A stretch of DNA of 54,241 nucleotides from positions 1 through 54,241 of IMG/VR virus record IMGVR_UViG_3300037139_000049, one strand, 5' to 3'. The number at the start of each line of letters is the position of its first letter. Within the stretch, counting starts at the first letter, position 1. Shown one piece after another: positions 44,716 through 53,766 of the stretch. The notes below the pieces were generated by a model. The model made no database searches. It saw nothing but the letters and a program-made list of their open reading frames with translations, and had not been told where the DNA came from. Origin of the DNA: a virus. Lineage: Duplodnaviria > Caudoviricetes. A program made the position numbers and the translations under genes.

Positions 44716-44880
44716 GCGATCCCGTTCCAGCGCGCGGGCAAGTCCAGCGTCCAGCTCGCGGCGCATCTTCGCAGCGCGCCTATCCGTATGGCGTCGTTTC
44801 CGTTTACGCTTCGGCTTCAACCGGGCGTTCAGGACTTCGATCTTTCCGTCTGGCTTGGTGACCTTGATGCTGTTGTCCAT
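44710..44880 (-). CDS. Small basic protein
   Basis: AGAGAGG SD; MDNSIKVTKPDG...KRKRKRR. Confidence 0.55.
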   Translation of the reverse strand: MDNSIKVTKPDGKIEVLNARLKPKRKRKRRHTDRRAAKMRRELDAGLARALERDRS

Positions 44881-44939
44881 ATCTAGACCCTCTCTCTGGC
44901 GGAGTACCACTTTGCCTTCGTGGTGGGTGGTTGGCATGG

Positions 44940-45185
44940 GGGGAGCTGAGTTCGGTGAGAGTGCGGCCTCTGTGGCCCGGGCTCAGGGTTCCCCGTTGAT
45001 AGCGCATCCTTTCGGGTTTGCTACCGGCAGCCGGCTTCGCGTTCCTCACCGCCGCTGTCGCTGCCTACGCTTGCCTTCCGTGGTGGGCGCGGGTTCGCCG
45101 AGTCTCTGTGCTGCGTTCTTCCGCCGTTCGTTTCGGGTTCGTCCCGCCTCTCGGCCTCAGCTTGAGGGTGCTGCGCTGGGCTACC
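44940..45185 (-). ncRNA. Candidate ~245-nt structured RNA with GNRA loops and a pseudoknot
   Basis: Multiple stems and a long-range GGUGAG/CUCACC pairing (see findings). Confidence 0.45.
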
Positions 45186-45408
45186 GGGCAGTATGCAGCG
45201 GCACGAGGCTTGGCCGTCTGCGAGAATCCAACCTTGTTCGGTCCACGCTGAACAGGATAGCGCGTGGGCTGGGGATTGGGAGGCCCACGATCCCCAGCCC
45301 CGCGCCGTTTCCTCGATGCCCAACCTGCGACGGCTCCGGCATCCGCATCCACGGGGCCAGCCAAGACGCGTGGTGCTCAACGTGCAAGCCTGATGTTGGG
45401 CGGCTGGT

Positions 45409-47664
45409 GTGAGCTATCAGGAGTTCGTGGCGAGCAAGATGCAGGCCGCGGTGCCGTTGGCCGAGCGTGAGGCCGTAGCGCCAACGTGGGATCTGTTTCC
45501 TTGGCAGACGAAGCTGGTAGAGCGCGCCCTATTCCGTGGCCGCTCGGCGCTGTTCGCTGACACTGGCACGGGCAAGACGCGGATGGAGCTGGCGTGGGCC
45601 ACGGCGGTCTGTGCGGCTATCGCCAAGCCGACGCTTCTGCTCACGCCGCTGGCCGTCTCCAAGCAGATCGTCCGCGAGGCGGGAGAAGTCGGAGCCGAGG
45701 CTGCCTACTCATCTGGCGGTGAGCCCGAGAAGTGGATCACGGTCACGAACTATGAGCGGCTGCACAACTTCCGGCCAGAGCACTTCGGCGCGATCGTGCT
45801 TGACGAGTCGAGCATCCTCAAGAGTTTCGACGGCAAGACGCGCAAGGACCTGACGGCTTTCGCTTCGACGCTGGCCTACCGGCTCTGTGCCACGGCCACG
45901 CCCGCGCCGAATGACTACCTTGAGCTGGGCCAGCACTCCGAGTTTCTATCGGTGCTCAGCGCTAAGGAGATGATGGCGCTGTTCTTTACGCAGGACGGCA
46001 ACTCCACGCAGAAGTGGCGGATAAAGCGCCACGCTGAGACGGACTTCTGGCGGTGGGTTTCAAGCTGGGCGATGGCGATGCGCCGGCCGTCCGACGTGGG
46101 TTTTCCCGAGGGCGATGCTCTCTACGATCTGCCCCCACTGTCGATCCACCAAGTGCAGGTCGAGGCTCTGAACGATCACGCGATGGGCACGCTATTCCGT
46201 GACGAGGCCCGCACGCTCTCGGAGCGTAGGCGAGCCCGGCAGGAGACGCGAGACGAGCGCGTGAAGGCGGCGGCCGAGCTGGTCGCCAAAGAGCCTGGTG
46301 AGCAATGGCTTCTGTGGTGCGATCTGAACGCCGAGTCTGAGCAGTTGGCGAAGATCATTCCCGGAGCGGTCGAGGTCCGCGGCTCGGACTCGCAGGAGCA
46401 CAAGGAGAACGCGCTGCTCGGGTTCGCCGACGGGACGGTCAAGGTGCTCGTCTCAAAGCCCTCGATCTGCGGTCACGGCATGAACTGGCAAGGATGCGCA
46501 CGGATGGTGTTCGTCGGGCTCTCGGACTCATTCGAGCGCTACTACCAGGCTGTGCGTCGGTGCTGGCGGTTCGGCCAAGAGCGGCCAGTCGAGGTCTACG
46601 TGGTGACGGCCGACGTTGAGGGTGCCGTGGTCCGCAACATCGAAAACAAGCAACGGAGGGCAGAGCAGATGGCTGAGGAACTTCTAGAGGCGATGGCCGA
46701 CCGGACACTTGAGCATTTGGCCAAGGGCACCTACGAATCAGATGACGCCGAGGGCGATGGCTGGAAGGTCATGCTCGGCGACTGCGTGGAGCGATTGAGC
46801 GAGGTCGAGGACGACTCCGTGGGCCTGTCGGTGTTCTCGCCGCCCTTCCCGTCGATGTACGTCTACACCGACCAGGCGCGGGATATGGGCAACGTGGCGA
46901 GCGTCGAGCAGATGATTGAGCACTTCGGCTACCTCGTGCCCGAGCTGCTGCGCGTGACGATGCCCGGCCGCTCCGTGGCGATCCACCTGGCGCAGGCACA
47001 GACCCGCAAGCGCGACGGCGAGGAGATCGGCCTGCGCGACTTCCGCGGCGCGACGATTCAGGCGATGGAAGCGGGCGGCTGGACCTACTACGGCGAGGTC
47101 TGCATCGACAAGGACCCGCAGGTGAAGGCGATCCGCACGAAGGACCGGGGCCTCTTGTTCAAGACGCTGGCGAAGGACTCGGCCAACATGCGCATGGCGC
47201 AGGCCGACTACCTGCTGCAATTCCGCAAGCCGGGCGAGAACCCCCAGCCGATCGCCGCGGGGATCTCCGAGCGCTACGGCAACACGGACGGCTGGATCAC
47301 GCCCGAGGAGTGGATCGAGTGGGCGGCGCCCGTCTGGTATCGCGCTGGCCCAGACTACCCCGGCGGCATCCGCGAGACGGACGTGCTCAATGTCTCGGCG
47401 GCGAGAGATGAGCGAGACGAGCGCCACCTGTGCCCGCTACAGCTTGGCGTGATCGAGCGCGCGATCAAGCTGTGGTCAGCGCCGGGCGATCTGATCCTCT
47501 CGCCGTTCGCGGGCGTGGGCTCGGAAGGCGTGGTGTCCGTGGGGCTTGGCCGGCGCTATGTCGGAGTCGAGCTGAAGCGTTCCTACTGGATGACGGCCTG
47601 CCGCAATATCGCCGAGGCGCAGGCCAGCTCTGGCTCCCAGCTCACCTTCGCAGCATCGGAGTAG
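45409..47664 (+). CDS. SNF2-like helicase fused to an N4/N6-type DNA methyltransferase
   Basis: DTGTGKT, LDESS, TATP, QAVRRCWRFGQ; then GDC, SPPF, H.CP, SPFAG.GS. Confidence 0.9.
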   Translation: MSYQEFVASKMQAAVPLAEREAVAPTWDLFPWQTKLVERALFRGRSALFADTGTGKTRMELAWATAVCAAIAKPTLLLTPLAVSKQIVREAGEVGAEAAYSSGGEPEKWITVTNYERLHNFRPEHFGAIVLDESSILKSFDGKTRKDLTAFASTLAYRLCATATPAPNDYLELGQHSEFLSVLSAKEMMALFFTQDGNSTQKWRIKRHAETDFWRWVSSWAMAMRRPSDVGFPEGDALYDLPPLSIHQVQVEALNDHAMGTLFRDEARTLSERRRARQETRDERVKAAAELVAKEPGEQWLLWCDLNAESEQLAKIIPGAVEVRGSDSQEHKENALLGFADGTVKVLVSKPSICGHGMNWQGCARMVFVGLSDSFERYYQAVRRCWRFGQERPVEVYVVTADVEGAVVRNIENKQRRAEQMAEELLEAMADRTLEHLAKGTYESDDAEGDGWKVMLGDCVERLSEVEDDSVGLSVFSPPFPSMYVYTDQARDMGNVASVEQMIEHFGYLVPELLRVTMPGRSVAIHLAQAQTRKRDGEEIGLRDFRGATIQAMEAGGWTYYGEVCIDKDPQVKAIRTKDRGLLFKTLAKDSANMRMAQADYLLQFRKPGENPQPIAAGISERYGNTDGWITPEEWIEWAAPVWYRAGPDYPGGIRETDVLNVSAARDERDERHLCPLQLGVIERAIKLWSAPGDLILSPFAGVGSEGVVSVGLGRRYVGVELKRSYWMTACRNIAEAQASSGSQLTFAASE

Positions 47665-47821
47665 GCTGGCCAGAACGAAAACACCCCCAGCAGACGACGA
47701 ATCTGCCAGGGGTGTAAGCTGAACGCTTCGCGGGCGCACAGGAAACGCTATCAGAGTTATTCCTACTTAGTGCGTCGGAGTTACAAACCGAACACAGGAG
47801 TGACGACGATGGCCGACCCCG

Positions 47822-48298
47822 ATGGCCGCTGAACCAGCGCTGAGGCTGATAGATGGCCGGCAGGTTGTCGAGGGATCGGCCGCCGAGCTCTGGGCCAAGA
47901 TCGAACAGCTGGGCGGCGACCTGGCCAACGCCGAGCGCGACCTGAGATCGAAGCGGGCGCTGATTACCAAGCTGCAGCGGGACAAGCAGCGCGAGCGCGA
48001 GGAGTGCATCGAGCGCGAGCTGGTCGAGGAGATATTCGCTGAATGGCAGGAGGTCTGCGGGCACGCCCGATCGAAGCTGACACCGGAGCGCTTCGATGCG
48101 ATCCAGGCTCGTATCCAGGACGGCTACGAGCGGGCAGACTTCGCCAAGGCCATCGCTGGCGGCAGCTTCGACCCGTTCATTACCAAGGCCAAGAACGGCC
48201 GCATGATCCGGCACGACGACATCGAGCTGATCTGCCGCGACGGCAAGCACTTCGAGTCCTTTGCCAACCGGGCACCGAGGAACGAACCCGTGCAATAA
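47822..48298 (+). CDS. Hypothetical protein, possibly replication-initiation related
   Basis: Coiled coil then IF..W........KLT..R...I.AR...AI.G...F...ELI.R. Confidence 0.6.
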   Translation: MAAEPALRLIDGRQVVEGSAAELWAKIEQLGGDLANAERDLRSKRALITKLQRDKQREREECIERELVEEIFAEWQEVCGHARSKLTPERFDAIQARIQDGYERADFAKAIAGGSFDPFITKAKNGRMIRHDDIELICRDGKHFESFANRAPRNEPVQ

Positions 48299-48305
48299 TC
48301 AGAAC

Positions 48306-48788
48306 ATGGAGACTGTCACGCTGATCGTCCACGGTGACTGCCAGCCATCGGGATCTAAGAAGGCGTTCGTGAATCCCAAGACGGGCCGGGCGATCGTGGT
48401 TGACGCGAATAACAAGGCGAAGGGCTGGAAGGAACGCATCGCCAAAGTGTGCGCCGAGCAGTATGGCGGCCCGTTCCTCGAGGGTGCGCTGGTGGCGACG
48501 ATCCGCTTTTATCAGGTTCGCCCACAGGGCCACTACGGTTCGGGCAGGAACGCTGGGCTACTCAAGGACTCGGCACCGGCCCAGCCGACGGTGGCGCCGG
48601 ATGTCGATAAGTTCGCCCGAGCCGTATTTGACGGCCTTCAGGGTCAGCTGTACCGCAACGATGCTCAGTGCGTGCGGCTCTTGGCCGAGAAGCACTACGG
48701 GGAGCCTGCTCGGGTTGAGATCGAAGTGGCGGAGGCCAGGGAGCAGACGGTTGGCGACATGCTTCGGCCCTCCCTCGTCGCCGCTTGA
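48306..48788 (+). CDS. rusA: RusA-like Holliday junction resolvase
   Basis: G...P.GSK, W...I, RP..H, PDVDK..RAV.D.L....ND.Q.V.L...K.Y. Confidence 0.88.
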   Translation: METVTLIVHGDCQPSGSKKAFVNPKTGRAIVVDANNKAKGWKERIAKVCAEQYGGPFLEGALVATIRFYQVRPQGHYGSGRNAGLLKDSAPAQPTVAPDVDKFARAVFDGLQGQLYRNDAQCVRLLAEKHYGEPARVEIEVAEAREQTVGDMLRPSLVAA

Positions 48789-48831
48789 CCTGCTAACCTC
48801 CCGGCTACCCAACCCGGAGGAGTGCAGTAGC

Positions 48832-49041
48832 GTGACGACCGAGTTAGAAGCAGTCAGTCGGATCGATGCAATCCTTGCCGAGTTTCCAGAGGAGCGTCGC
48901 CTCGCAATTGCCAGGTACGCTGTAGCGCGAGCCGAGTGGTGGCAAGAACGCCCCGAGGGTGTAGACACAGTCTGCAGGGTCATCCTGTCGCCCGAGACGA
49001 TGGAGCTAGTGGCCAGCGGCATACCCGAGGCCACCAAGTGA
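48832..49041 (+). CDS. Hypothetical protein
   Basis: TGCTAACCT promoter and GGAGGAG SD upstream. Confidence 0.6.
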   Translation: MTTELEAVSRIDAILAEFPEERRLAIARYAVARAEWWQERPEGVDTVCRVILSPETMELVASGIPEATK

Positions 49042-49358
49042 CCGCCAGCCCCGAGCAGAGCAAGGCCAAGGAGAAGAAGTGGCGCAGGGTCCAGAAGATG
49101 TGGGCCAGCAACCTCTCCCAGGCTGAGATCGCCAAACGTATGAACTGGTCAACGGGGCATGTGAAGATCGAGATCAGCCGTATGCGCTTGGCGGGCTGGG
49201 ACGTGCCGAAGAGAACCCAAACCCGCGTCCGGCCAACCGAGTGCGTGATCTGCTCTGGCCCGTTGGAGGGCGATAGGAGCACCTGCGGCGATGCGTGCCT
49301 GTCGGAGCTCGGCCGTAGGAACGCTGCGAAGAGGCACGGTAGGCAGCGAGGACGATGA
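49038..49358 (+). CDS. HTH DNA-binding protein with Zn finger
   Basis: SQAEIAKRMNWS..V...I; CVIC...CGDAC. Confidence 0.7.
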   Translation: MTASPEQSKAKEKKWRRVQKMWASNLSQAEIAKRMNWSTGHVKIEISRMRLAGWDVPKRTQTRVRPTECVICSGPLEGDRSTCGDACLSELGRRNAAKRHGRQRGR

Positions 49359-49561
49359 GCGACCTACGGTTAGATGAGGCATCCGTGACGCAGGCGATCG
49401 AACGGTCTAGCTATCGGGGCAACATCGAAGAAGGCCGCCAGCTGATCCGAGCCTACCTAGACGAGATTGAGCAGGCGATCCAACTAAGCAGACCAGCGCC
49501 GCCCCACGTCGTTGCTCGCGTGCTGTATCCGGGCTCCTACGATGGGATCGATACAAAATGA
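49355..49561 (+). CDS. Hypothetical protein
   Basis: GAGG SD, ATGA overlaps. Confidence 0.6.
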   Translation: MSDLRLDEASVTQAIERSSYRGNIEEGRQLIRAYLDEIEQAIQLSRPAPPHVVARVLYPGSYDGIDTK

Positions 49562-49752
49562 GCGCCTGCTACCCCGAGTGCTACCCCGAGTGCTCCTGCG
49601 GTGGCACTGGCAAAGTCGAGCGTGGCCCATCGGGCGCGACCTACTCCTACCCGTGCTACCCGTGGGATTGCCGCAACCCTCGCTGCCGCTGTCACCTACT
49701 GGACAACGCACGGAAGGCTCTGGCTAGGCCCGGTAGGCCGAGGGGGCGGTGA
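49558..49752 (+). CDS. Small Cys-rich protein
   Basis: CYPECYPECSCGG...CRCH; ATGA overlap. Confidence 0.55.
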   Translation: MSACYPECYPECSCGGTGKVERGPSGATYSYPCYPWDCRNPRCRCHLLDNARKALARPGRPRGR

Positions 49753-49928
49753 TGGAACCCACGGCCCTATCCTCACCGCTTGGCAGCCGAGAGGCGATCC
49801 GTGAGCTTCTGATCGGCGTATCGCAGGTTCTGGCCGAGGAGGGCGACCTGGCCGAGTGCGAGCGTGACTACTGGGTACTGGTCAACCTCTTGGTCGATTG
49901 CATGGATGCGATTGAGTCGCTGCGGTGA
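49752..49928 (+). CDS. Hypothetical protein (absent from the ORF track)
   Basis: Hand translation MEPTALSSPLGSREAIRELL...IESLR. Confidence 0.55.
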   Translation: MEPTALSSPLGSREAIRELLIGVSQVLAEEGDLAECERDYWVLVNLLVDCMDAIESLR

Positions 49929-50650
49929 TGGGCGGCGTCAGCCTAGCCAGTCGCACCTGGATAGACCCCGAGACGGGCGTGATGACGCGGCTGTGCTCGT
50001 TGTGCGAGGAACCGAAGACGGACTTCCCGACGCGCGGCGACGGCAAGGAGAGCGGCATCTGCCACGACTGCCAGAAGGCGCGCAAAAAACGCTACGGCGC
50101 AGAAGGCAGGCTGACGGTCGACAAGACGGCCAATCGGGAGAGCAGCCGCCGCTACAACGAACGCCACCGCGAGCGGCGCCTGAAGTCCCACCGCGACTAC
50201 ATGGCGAGGGTCAAGGCCGACCCGGCAAAGCACGCCCGGTTCCTCGAAGCCCGACGGATCTGGTATCGGCTGAAGGCCGAGCAGGAAGGGCGTCCGCTTG
50301 AGTCGATCTCAGCGCCGCGGGCGACGATGGCGAAGGGTGCCGATGGCCGTCGCGTGCTGCCGAGCAAGCCACTGGCCGCCTTCATCGACGCCAAGGTGGC
50401 GACGGCCCGCGAGTTCGACAAGGTGCTGGGCATCCCCGCGGGCGACAAGGATGCGACGGGCGTCAGCGGAATGTGCCGCGAGCTGGGCGTAAACGAACGG
50501 CGCTTGCGGTCGTGGCGCGACGGCAAGGAGAACGTCACGCTGACCAAGGCCGAAGCCGTGCTTCTGGCGGCTGGTGCGTCGTGGGCTGAGGTCTGGGCGC
50601 CGGACGACTACCCCGAGCTCTACGCCGGACTGTTGGCGGGTGTGGCGTGA
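49925..50650 (+). CDS. Zn-ribbon plus C-terminal HTH DNA-binding protein
   Basis: CSLC...C.DC; MCRELGVNERRLRSW. Confidence 0.7.
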   Translation: MMGGVSLASRTWIDPETGVMTRLCSLCEEPKTDFPTRGDGKESGICHDCQKARKKRYGAEGRLTVDKTANRESSRRYNERHRERRLKSHRDYMARVKADPAKHARFLEARRIWYRLKAEQEGRPLESISAPRATMAKGADGRRVLPSKPLAAFIDAKVATAREFDKVLGIPAGDKDATGVSGMCRELGVNERRLRSWRDGKENVTLTKAEAVLLAAGASWAEVWAPDDYPELYAGLLAGVA

Positions 50651-50847
50651 GGCTCATTCACGGCGACACGGTGGCCGAGAGCACGCCCGAGGGCATCTAC
50701 CTCGGCGACCAGGACACGCGGCTTCTGCACCTGACGCCAGAGGATTGCCGCTGGCTCTCTGCCGTTGCTCTACCTGCGGCACTGGCTTGCATTTCATCCG
50801 GCGTCGTGCTAACCTCCAAGCATCCCAACCGCGAGGAGGCAGTATGA
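50647..50847 (+). CDS. Hypothetical protein
   Basis: GTGA/ATGA overlaps. Confidence 0.5.
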   Translation: MRLIHGDTVAESTPEGIYLGDQDTRLLHLTPEDCRWLSAVALPAALACISSGVVLTSKHPNREEAV

Positions 50848-51071
50848 GCACTGAGCTACACCCAGCCAAGCCGGACTCGTGGATTGATCCTGAAGCCGGG
50901 CTAGAGGGCGTGGACGGCAACGCCTTCAGCATTATGGGCTTCGTAAGGCGCTCACTGAAGCGCGCTGGCAATCCGCCCGAGGTACTGATGGCATACAGCG
51001 ACGCGGCCAAATCGGGCGACTACGACAACCTGCTGCGAGTCTCGATGGACTACTGCGGCGAACTCGGATGA
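50844..51071 (+). CDS. Small conserved phage-type protein (DGNAF...SGDY motif)
   Basis: GAGGAGG SD; L.G.DGNAFSIMG.V...LKRAG...SGDYDNLL. Confidence 0.75.
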   Translation: MSTELHPAKPDSWIDPEAGLEGVDGNAFSIMGFVRRSLKRAGNPPEVLMAYSDAAKSGDYDNLLRVSMDYCGELG

Positions 51072-51265
51072 CCGACCAGAACGGCACAGCCCCACCCATC
51101 GTCCAAGCCGCTCTGGCAAGGAAAGCCCCAACGCCCGAGCAGCAGGAAGCCAGGGCAGCCGTTGACGCGCGGAACACGGCGCTGCAGGCCACGAGGCTGC
51201 CGATGCCGTCTACGGGGATCTTTGGCAGCCAGAAGAACAAGCCGCAGCCGAAGGTCAAGCCATGA
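51068..51265 (+). CDS. Hypothetical protein
   Basis: ATGA overlaps. Confidence 0.55.
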   Translation: MTDQNGTAPPIVQAALARKAPTPEQQEARAAVDARNTALQATRLPMPSTGIFGSQKNKPQPKVKP

Positions 51266-51408
51266 TTGACTGCGCCAACTGCGGTAGGGAGATCGAGCCA
51301 GACGAAGACGGTCGCGCGACTGGCCAAGGCGATGATCTGTGCTCCGAGTGCGCCGTTGATGCCGGCCAGTTCGACGAAGGCTGGGAGATGGCGGGTGACT
51401 GGTCGTGA
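51262..51408 (+). CDS. Small Zn-finger protein (absent from the ORF track)
   Basis: MIDCANCGREIEP...LCSECA. Confidence 0.55.
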   Translation: MIDCANCGREIEPDEDGRATGQGDDLCSECAVDAGQFDEGWEMAGDWS

Positions 51409-51629
51409 CCCACGGCGAGCGTCTGGTCCTCCCGACCGCCATCACGAGCCTGCTGATCCTGGCGTGGCTTGAATGGCCGTGGCCGATAGCCCTGATCTTG
51501 ACTCTGGCCACCATCCTCATAGCCGACCGCCAGCACCGGCATCGGATGGAAGATGATTGGCGGCAACGGTGGGAAGTGCGCCAGCAGCTCTACTTGGCCG
51601 GCGATAGACACGCGAGGCCAAGGCGATGA
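51405..51629 (+). CDS. Small membrane protein
   Basis: Hydrophobic hairpin; overlaps. Confidence 0.55.
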   Translation: MTHGERLVLPTAITSLLILAWLEWPWPIALILTLATILIADRQHRHRMEDDWRQRWEVRQQLYLAGDRHARPRR

Positions 51630-51892
51630 AGGACGGCACCCAGCCCGGCGAGACACAGCGCTGCGAGGCGTGTGAGGCGCCGCTGATCGCCTGCTTGACC
51701 AAGGCTGGCAAAGTGGCCCCGATTGTCTTCAACCCGAGCGACGAGGGCAACGTGCTCGTGTTCCGCAAGGACGGGGATCTGCATTGCCGGACGTTCGGCG
51801 GCGACACGCTGGCGAAGCTCCACGAGGAGGGCGTGCCGCTGCGCACGAACCACTTTGCGGATTGTCCCGAGCGCGAGAGGTTCAAGCGATGA
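51626..51892 (+). CDS. Small Zn-binding phage protein
   Basis: CEAC.A.L....T.AGK..P.....GN...HFADCP. Confidence 0.7.
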   Translation: MKDGTQPGETQRCEACEAPLIACLTKAGKVAPIVFNPSDEGNVLVFRKDGDLHCRTFGGDTLAKLHEEGVPLRTNHFADCPERERFKR

Positions 51893-52101
51893 CCATGACC
51901 GCGCGTAGGCAACGCAAGCCCGACCCTCACCACCCGCGCTGCACGCTGCCTCACGCCAAGCTGCGTTACAAGTCGATGACGGCCGCCGAGCGCACGCTGG
52001 CCAAGATCATCCTGCATGGTGCCGCGCGTTACCGCCCGCGGCGGGCCTACCAGTGCGAGGCGTGTGGCGGCTGGCACCTGACGTCGGAAGAGAAACGATG
52101 A
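51889..52101 (+). CDS. Small phage protein (R.Y.C..CG.WHLTS motif)
   Basis: K.RY.S...A...RAYQCEACGGWHLTS. Confidence 0.7.
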   Translation: MTMTARRQRKPDPHHPRCTLPHAKLRYKSMTAAERTLAKIILHGAARYRPRRAYQCEACGGWHLTSEEKR

Positions 52102-52153
52102 CCCTCCCCGACCACGATCACGTCTCGATCGCCGACGTACAGGCGGCACGGAC

Positions 52154-52408
52154 ATGAGCGCCACAGAGGCACTGCCGACTGCCTGGAAGGCGGCCGTGGA
52201 GTTCTGCCCCTTCTGCTCGGCCGACGGCTGCGTGCGTTGTGGCGGGACGGGCGACCTCATGGGCCACCTACTCGGCGAGGCGTATCAACGTGGCCGCGAA
52301 GAGGCGCTCGTCCAGATGCGCGAGGTCTACCAGGTGAGCCGGCTAGCTGGCCGCACGGTGGCCGAGCTTCCCGTTCCGGCCGATCTGAAGCGGAGTCTCG
52401 GGCTATGA
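52154..52408 (+). CDS. Small Zn-finger protein
   Basis: CPFC..GC.RC.GTG. Confidence 0.6.
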   Translation: MSATEALPTAWKAAVEFCPFCSADGCVRCGGTGDLMGHLLGEAYQRGREEALVQMREVYQVSRLAGRTVAELPVPADLKRSLGL

Positions 52409-52451
52409 CCGACACAGGACTTGCAGGGCAAACAGGACAAGGGAGAGGCGC

Positions 52452-53039
52452 ATGAAACGACCATTCACACTGAAGATCACAGTGCTCGCCGTGCTGGTCG
52501 CGGTGGGTGCGGCGTTCGCCGCGACAGCACAGGCTGCCACGGTTGCCAGCACAATCAGGGCACCTACGGCGGTCGCTTTCAGCACGAGCGGCGAGCTTTG
52601 GGTTGCCGATCGTGCGGGAGATAGGCTGATTGGGTTCAACCCGAACCGTGAAGAGATCACGGAAGTCGGCTTGGAAGGCGCGGGCTTGGATCAGAACATG
52701 GCCGGTGGGATCGCCACGGACGCCGCAAGTGACGTGTATGTCACGGACGGCTTCGGCTTGCAGTGGGGTGGTATGAGCTCGACGAGCCGAGTGCGTGAGT
52801 TCTCGCCATCCGGCACGCTGCTGAAAACGCTCACGAGCCCGGCGCTAGGTAGTCCCGGTGCGTTGGCGATTGATTCGGGCGGGGACGTGTGGGTGCTGAA
52901 CACGCTCACCGGCACGGTCGTCGAGTTCTCGCCCAGCGGGTCCGTGATCGGTGGCTTCACAAAGCAGCTCGGCTGGTCCTACGGGCTGGCGATCACCATC
53001 AGCGAGAAGGGCGTCCAGACGTTGAAGGACGTGGCGTGA
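52452..53039 (+). CDS. Secreted NHL-repeat (beta-propeller fragment) protein
   Basis: Signal peptide; repeats P.AVAF...G.LWVAD, GIATD...VYVTD, P.ALAID.GGDVWV, V.EFSPSG. Confidence 0.8.
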   Translation: MKRPFTLKITVLAVLVAVGAAFAATAQAATVASTIRAPTAVAFSTSGELWVADRAGDRLIGFNPNREEITEVGLEGAGLDQNMAGGIATDAASDVYVTDGFGLQWGGMSSTSRVREFSPSGTLLKTLTSPALGSPGALAIDSGGDVWVLNTLTGTVVEFSPSGSVIGGFTKQLGWSYGLAITISEKGVQTLKDVA

Positions 53040-53212
53040 GCGCGATGTCGGAACGCGACGGAAGCGACATCTCGATCCCGCGCGAGCTGGCCGACGCGAT
53101 GGCACAGGCGATCAGCTACCTCGTGGACGAGAACTACGGCATCGAGGGCACGGACGGCAACGCTGGATGTTGTCCATCCCGTCCGTGCCTGCTTCTAGGG
53201 AGGAGACGGCCC

Positions 53213-53479
53213 GTGAGTGACGAGAGAGAGTGGACCGGCGATGCCGTTGTTCAGACTCACGCCTATGTTCGGGCCGCAACGACCCTCAAGGGCCACGGTG
53301 GCTCGATGTATAAGGCGTGGCGCGAGTACGACACGGGCTGGGAGCCTGAGGAAGTGCTGGCGATGCTGAAAGATATGCCGAGTTGGGATCTGCTCGACGG
53401 GGTTCAGCAGGGCAAGATGTTCGGCGTGGTCCTCGCCTTCGGTGCGTTGGCAATCGAGCGCGATCGTGAGCACCGATGA
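53213..53479 (+). CDS. Hypothetical protein
   Basis: GGAGGAG SD then GTG. Confidence 0.6.
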   Translation: MSDEREWTGDAVVQTHAYVRAATTLKGHGGSMYKAWREYDTGWEPEEVLAMLKDMPSWDLLDGVQQGKMFGVVLAFGALAIERDREHR

Positions 53480-53564
53480 GCATTGGCCCCTCCACCTGGG
53501 AGCTACAGCGGATGCACGAGCTGGACTCCCTCCTGTCTGTCCTTCGTCCATCCGAGGGGCAGCG

Positions 53565-53759
53565 ATGACGGCCCACACACCGAACTACGGGCCAGTGCGC
53601 TACGCAGACACGAGGCTCAAGGGCTGCGAGTGCGAACGCCCAATCAGGGACGGCCTGGACTGCTTCAAGTGCGGCAGGCCCCTGCAACCGGCACAGCAGC
53701 ACATCACGCCTCGCTACGACAAGCTCGGCCGTAGGATCACACCACACGGGCTAGACTGA
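53565..53759 (+). CDS. Small Zn-finger protein
   Basis: GAGG SD; CECERP...CFKCGR. Confidence 0.6.
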   Translation: MTAHTPNYGPVRYADTRLKGCECERPIRDGLDCFKCGRPLQPAQQHITPRYDKLGRRITPHGLD

Positions 53760-53766
53760 TCTGGCG

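Noticed and set aside
45125-45165. Hammerhead ribozyme (CTGAGG...GAAAC on the minus strand)
   Set aside because: Core deviates from CUGANGA and stems I/III could not be assembled
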